DNA from: Macrostomum lignano
Lineage: Eukaryota
Assembly (NCBI GenBank): GCA_002269645.1
Contig: NIVC01001566.1
Coordinates: 62,001 to 126,000 of the forward strand
Reading direction: 5' to 3'
Length of the DNA: 64,000 bases
Shown: piece after piece, positions 59,299 to 64,000 of the stretch
Numbering within the stretch: the stretch's first letter is position 1
How the letters are laid out: every line of letters begins with the position of its first letter
The notes under the pieces: generated by a model
What the model saw: only the letters and a program-made list of their open reading frames with translations
What the model was told of the DNA's origin: nothing
Database searches by the model: none
Position numbers and translations under genes: made by a program

Positions 59299-61029
59299 AT
59301 GCCCAAACCAAGTGACGCTACTACAAAGCCAAAAGAGAAAGGCAGCAAAACGGGCGCCAAAGGGTCGCGAAAGAGGCCCATCGAGACGGAGCCAAACAAT
59401 GAAAAAGCGGTAAAAAAGCGCAACAGTAAGTCCAACTTAGCCTCCGCCGCTGCTAGCGCTACTTCCGCCACTGGCGCATCCACTAATGCTGATGGCGCTT
59501 CTATCCCCGCTGGTGCTTCTACCGCCGCTGGTGCTACTGCCGCCGCTGCAGCTGGCGCATGCGCTAACACTGATGGTGCTTCTACTCCCGCTGGTGCTTC
59601 TACCGCCGCTGGCGCGACTGCCGCCGCTGCAGCTGGCGCATGCGCTAACACTGATGGTGCTTCTACTCCCGCTGGTGCTTCTACCGCCGCTGGCGCTTCT
59701 AGCACCTCTGCGACTGGCGCCGGTAAAAAGCCAGCTTCCGGTGGCCCAGCAGCATACCGCTACTGGGTATTTGAATATGCGCCGGAAGACGGCGGTCGGC
59801 TTGGAGTCTATGCCGACAAGTGTGTTGTTACTGACGGCTCAGTAGATTCGAGCAAACTGTCAGTTGACGATGATGTCACCATTAGACCGGGAAAGACCGC
59901 CAATAGTAAGGCGTACCGCGTGCGAATATGCAAAGGGCCATACCGCACAAAGGCGGCTGCAGAAGCCGGTGCCAGTGCCTGTCAAGCGGTACACAGGCCG
60001 GGTGGCATTAACATGCCTAACGGTTGCGCCACCTGCCAGGCGCTCAGGCATGAGGTTTTAAACCTCCGGACATCCGCCGAATTGGCGCAGCAGACTGCCG
60101 ACGGCTACAGGGAAAGCCTGCAACGGCAGAATGAAGACCTGGCCAAAAGACTCGAAGACGCTGAATTTGAGCGCAATGAGTACAAAGAGAAGTATGAAAG
60201 TGCAGCCAATAGAACACGCGAGTTGGAGTGCCAACTCGAGTACGCACAGATCGGTGCTAATCCTTCAAGTTCTGCTGAACAATCGGTCGGTGTTCTCGCC
60301 AAATATGCTACGGTGTTGCAGGACGCCGTGTTTTCCGCCATCGGCGTTCTGCAAGGTGCGGTTTCGCAGGATATCGTAGTAGATTGCGTTGCTGACACGA
60401 TCAGCAGCAGCAGTACGACTGCTGGTGGTGGCGCTTCTGCGGCCGCCTCGTCTGCAGCTCCGTTGCTGGACGACATGGACCTGCGCGCTCAGATCCGAAT
60501 GTCGTCAGTGAATCAGCGGAAACGTGAGCCCGAGACGAGGTCCTTGACAGCGCGCTGTCCCGACGTCGTCGTGTCGGCCACCGACTACGCAAAGATAAAG
60601 AATGCCGTGTCCGCCTATGTCAAGGGAGGTTACAGGAGTACCGACGCAGATAAATTGCTTCGGACCTTGTACTTAGCAATTTTCACGGACGACGAGCTGA
60701 CGACCTGCTCTTACACGGGACGTAGGTCGACAAAAACTGGTCCGCCACCAAAGGCGGAAGTGTCAAAGAGAAAAAAATTCGCCATTAAGGCGTTTATTGA
60801 AGGCCTGCAGTTGCCCAACCAAATTCCGGAGAGAAAGTATGCCGGCGTGTTTAAGCGCACTGGATTCTGTATTGCGCGAAAACTACAAAAATCGCTCAAA
60901 TTGGCACCCAGCGGAAATGAGGTGGCGACGATCGACATCGATGCCGATGATGAGGACGCCAACGTTGGCGACAACGGAGATCACAATGACGACGAAGCTG
61001 CAGCCTCTCATCCATCTGCAAATCCATGA
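59299..61029 (+). CDS. BEN-domain protein with coiled coil, BEND5-like architecture (cargo ORF C, 576 aa from first ATG)
   Basis: C-terminal LLRTLYLAIFTDDELTTCSYTGRRSTKTGPPPKAEVSKRKKFAIKAFI fits the BEN pattern. Preceded by CATC + long heptad coil, a beta-rich YRYWVFEY... segment, 81-nt Ala-rich repeats and a Lys-rich N-terminus. Confidence 0.78.
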   Translation: MPKPSDATTKPKEKGSKTGAKGSRKRPIETEPNNEKAVKKRNSKSNLASAAASATSATGASTNADGASIPAGASTAAGATAAAAAGACANTDGASTPAGASTAAGATAAAAAGACANTDGASTPAGASTAAGASSTSATGAGKKPASGGPAAYRYWVFEYAPEDGGRLGVYADKCVVTDGSVDSSKLSVDDDVTIRPGKTANSKAYRVRICKGPYRTKAAAEAGASACQAVHRPGGINMPNGCATCQALRHEVLNLRTSAELAQQTADGYRESLQRQNEDLAKRLEDAEFERNEYKEKYESAANRTRELECQLEYAQIGANPSSSAEQSVGVLAKYATVLQDAVFSAIGVLQGAVSQDIVVDCVADTISSSSTTAGGGASAAASSAAPLLDDMDLRAQIRMSSVNQRKREPETRSLTARCPDVVVSATDYAKIKNAVSAYVKGGYRSTDADKLLRTLYLAIFTDDELTTCSYTGRRSTKTGPPPKAEVSKRKKFAIKAFIEGLQLPNQIPERKYAGVFKRTGFCIARKLQKSLKLAPSGNEVATIDIDADDEDANVGDNGDHNDDEAAASHPSANP

Positions 61030-61239
61030 GTCGAAGTGTACCAGACTGAAATGCAGCCATTTCGGGCATTTTATTATTTACTGGGCTTTTTCTGATCTTA
61101 TCGGGAATAATGAAAGAAAATGGAGAGAGTGGGAGGGAGAAATTTGTGTATGCAACATATCATTGTGCTAAACTAAACAAAGCTAAACTAAACCTAAACG
61201 TCGCAGTACAATGGGTTTCTAAAACTGCTTAACTTTTGG

Positions 61240-61812
61240 TCGCGCACTTCTGCGATGTCCCACTAATTCTAGTTCTTTTTGGCGCACTTCTGCGATGTCC
61301 CACTAATTCAACTAGTTCTTTTTGGCGCACTTCTGCGATGTCCCACTAATTCAACTAGTTCTTTTTGGCGCACTTCTGCGATGTCCCACTAATTCAACTA
61401 GTTCTTTTTGGCGCACTTCTGCGATGTCCCACTAATTCAACTAGTTCTTTTTGGCGCACTTCTGCGATGTCCCACTAATTCAACTAGTTCTTTTTGGCGC
61501 ACTTCTGCGATGTCCCACTAATTCAACTAGTTCTTTTTGGCGCACTTCTGCGATGTCCCACTAATTCAACTAGTTCTTTTTGGCGCACTTCTGCGATGTC
61601 CCACTAATTCAACTACTTCTTTTTGGCGCACTTCTGCGATGTCCCACTGATTCAACTACTTCTTTTTGGCGCACTTCTGCGATGTCCCACTAATTCAACT
61701 AGTTCATTTTGGCGCACTTCTGCGATGTCCCACTAATTCAACTAGTTCATTTTGGCGCACTTCTGCGATGTCCCACTAATTCAACTAGTTCATTTTGGCG
61801 CACTTCTGCGAT
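61240..61812. repeat. 43-bp tandem repeat inside the TIR element
   Basis: GGCGCACTTCTGCGATGTCCCACTAATTCAACTAGTTCTTTTT, about 13 near-identical copies, no spacers. Confidence 0.96.
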
Positions 61813-61984
61813 CGCTATGTACCATATAATAATGCATTTTAATAATAGCGCGCTTTGCGTATATAAAGCTTAATTGCCGCAATTACTGGTTACTTCACAT
61901 CTAATATATCACTGCTGATTTGTATTCCTGTTACTTATTTGCACATTATTATACTGTTGGTCGATAGTCAGAAAAAACACACAA

Positions 61985-62560
61985 GATCACAAAACGGTCA
62001 CAAAATATGGTAACAGTAAACAGTAACATAGTTACCCTAAGCAAAACGGTCACAAAATATGGCAAAAGTAAACAGTAACATAGTTACCCTAGGCAAAACG
62101 GTCACAAAATACGGTCACATTGAACGGTCACATGTGACCCTGAACAAACGGTCACAAAATACGGTCACATTGAACGGTCACATGTGACCCTGAACAAACG
62201 GTCACAAAATACGGTCACATTGAACGGTCACATGTGACCCTGAACAAACGGTCACAAAATACGGTAACATTGAACGGTAACACGTGACCCTGAACAAACG
62301 GTTACAAAATACGGTCACATTGAACGGTAACACGTGACCCTGAACAAACGGTCACAAAATACGGTCACATTGAACGGTCACATGTGACCCTGAACAAACG
62401 GTCACAAAATACGGTCACATTGAACGGTAACATGTGACCCTGAACAAACGGTCACAAAATACGGTCACATTGAACGGTAACATGTGACCCTGAACAAACG
62501 GTCACAAAATACGGTCACATTGAACGGTAACATGTGACCCTGAACAAACGGTCACATATA
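61985..62560. repeat. Right subterminal array, 50-bp units, inverted relative to the left array
   Basis: GAACGGTCACATGTGACCCTGAACAAACGGTCACAAAATACGGTCACATT, approximately the reverse complement of the left unit. Confidence 0.95.
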
Positions 62561-62769
62561 TGGTAACTATGAACGGTATCATGTTACCTTATTATCATGA
62601 ACATGAACGGTCACAATAAACGGTCACAAGCATTACAGACCACGGTAACAAGTGGAACGGTCACAGCCCCTTTTTGTGACCGTTTCGTTTTATACGGGTA
62701 AGGACTCTGGGGACGAAGAGTCGTATTTGAGGCGTGCTTGAGTCTCTGTCAAATGATTAGTGTAAAGAA

Positions 62770-62990
62770 ACTATACATGTAGCTTCTGACCTCAGCCTTT
62801 GTATCTCAGCAATTCCCCCCGAGACTTGACATCTCAGCAATCCCCCCCCCAAGACTTGACATCTCAGCAATCCCCCCCCAAGACTTGACATCTCAGCCAT
62901 CCCCCAGACTTGACTTCTCAACAATTCCCCCCCCCCTGGCCCCAAGACTTGACATCTCAGCAATCCCCCTCAAGACTTGGATCTTTTTTG
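62770..62990 (-). repeat. Short tandem fragment of the GAGATGTCAAG family (reverse orientation)
   Basis: CTTGACATCTCAGCAATCCCCCCC repeats are the reverse complement of motifs at 46660-47600. Confidence 0.75.
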
Positions 62991-63426
62991 GATCTTTTTT
63001 TCTTTCATTTATTCGTTTAGTACGTTTTTTGCTTTAATTGAAAGGACCGGAATGTTTTTAATTGATTGCGAAAACTATTTGTAGTATAGCAACTTGTACA
63101 GAAAACAATGTAATGAAAATCAGAAACTGAACAACTAGATTCTTGTTGGTCCAGAATATTAGAATATTATAAGGATATAGGGGGTCCATTAGTGCTGAGA
63201 AACATTGAAGACTGAAGCTCTACAAGCATGTAAATGTCTTTCCTTCTTCTCAGCACGAGTATTATTAGAGGCTGGAAATTATAATTTCTAACCAAAGATC
63301 CATCTATTCATTTCCCGTCAGTGCACACCTTTCCGACTCTCAGCTTGTGCAACCTAGCTGTACGTGTAGAGGTTGAGACACATATATTTGCTCGATCAAA
63401 AATGTCAAAGGATAATCTATTCATAG

Positions 63427-63843
63427 CTACGAGCATCTCGAGGAGCTCGCCGCTGCCCCAACACCGTCGCCGCCCTTGCCGACGGCGTCTGCATTGACCA
63501 GCCGAGCCAGCTTGGAGTCGTCGTCGACAATCTCAGCGGCAATCATGACGTAGGACTTCAATGGCAGCAGGCCGGACTTGACCATGCCGCGCAGCAGGAA
63601 CACCTCCTTGCGAGCTTGGCGCGACAGTTCGCTGGGTATTTCGCCGAACAGCTCAGAGTCGATGATGCTGGAACAGCGCGTTGTTGATTGACGTCGCCTC
63701 TGTCGCTCTGGTCGGGCTTTGCTGCTGACCGCGGCGAAGTCAGCGTCGTTCGCCGTTGCGCCGCCAGCGGGTCCCGAAGACATTGCAATATCGGGAGAGT
63801 ACAGCAGATCAGCGTCCAACTTGGCGCAGCAGCACTGGCCCAT
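63427..63843 (-). CDS. Small unknown protein with N-terminal myristoylation/palmitoylation-like motif (MGQCCC), 138 aa
   Basis: GC-rich, coding-like ORF from ATG 63843; no family recognised. Confidence 0.5.
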   Translation of the reverse strand: MGQCCCAKLDADLLYSPDIAMSSGPAGGATANDADFAAVSSKARPERQRRRQSTTRCSSIIDSELFGEIPSELSRQARKEVFLLRGMVKSGLLPLKSYVMIAAEIVDDDSKLARLVNADAVGKGGDGVGAAASSSRCS

Positions 63844-64000
63844 GCCTTTTTGGAGTGAAATTTCGGCTCGATTGTGTTTGGCATGCGACAGGAGCTGAGC
63901 GGGCGAGACCTTCCCACTGCATGGCGATTTAATCCGTGCGGACGATCCCCCCCCCCTGCTTTGGCCAATGACTGACAGGCTGAAGAGAAAGAGGAGCAAG

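Larger units (their letters stand above)
54734..62698. mobile_element. 7965-bp TIR DNA element (CACTA/EnSpm-like architecture), non-autonomous, with gene cargo
   Basis: Perfect 36-bp TIR CCCGTATAAAACGAAACGGTCACAAAAAGGGGCTGT (54734-54769; reverse complement 62663-62698). TAA on both flanks (54731-33, 62699-701). Inverted subterminal arrays. No DDE transposase seen. Confidence 0.9.

Noticed and set aside
61240-62560. CRISPR array
   Set aside because: Repeats are contiguous with no unique spacers, there are no cas genes, and the context is eukaryotic.
54734-62698. piggyBac or Maverick/Polinton assignment
   Set aside because: The TSD is TAA, not TTAA or 6 bp, and no integrase, DNA polymerase B, ATPase or capsid ORFs are present.

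Overview
Eukaryotic (animal) genomic DNA. GC-rich exons, introns filled with minisatellites and TTAGGG tracts suggest a free-living flatworm such as Macrostomum (inference only). Host genes: the last three coding exons of a TIA-1/TIAR-type RRM gene (+), a 7-exon F-box/LRR gene (-), intronless RRP9/U3-55K (-), intronless SEC61B (+), and a small MGQCCC-start ORF (-) at the right edge. Most of the rest is mobile DNA. It includes a 4.4-kb Ty3/Gypsy LTR element with a one-base frameshift, a 5'-truncated LINE with a 15-bp TSD, and a MITE. A ~21-kb head-to-tail array of non-autonomous Helitron-like modules carries telomeric repeats, GA tracts and a 23-bp satellite. A disrupted Crypton-type tyrosine recombinase gene and a decayed RTE-like LINE follow. 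The standout is a 7,965-bp element (54734-62698) with perfect 36-bp TIRs, a TAA target-site duplication and inverted 50/51-bp subterminal arrays. It has no visible transposase but carries co-oriented compact genes: a miniature CtIP/Sae2-like protein, a BEND5-like coiled-coil + BEN protein and an unknown protein. All protein-family calls come from motif recognition by eye; no database search was run.
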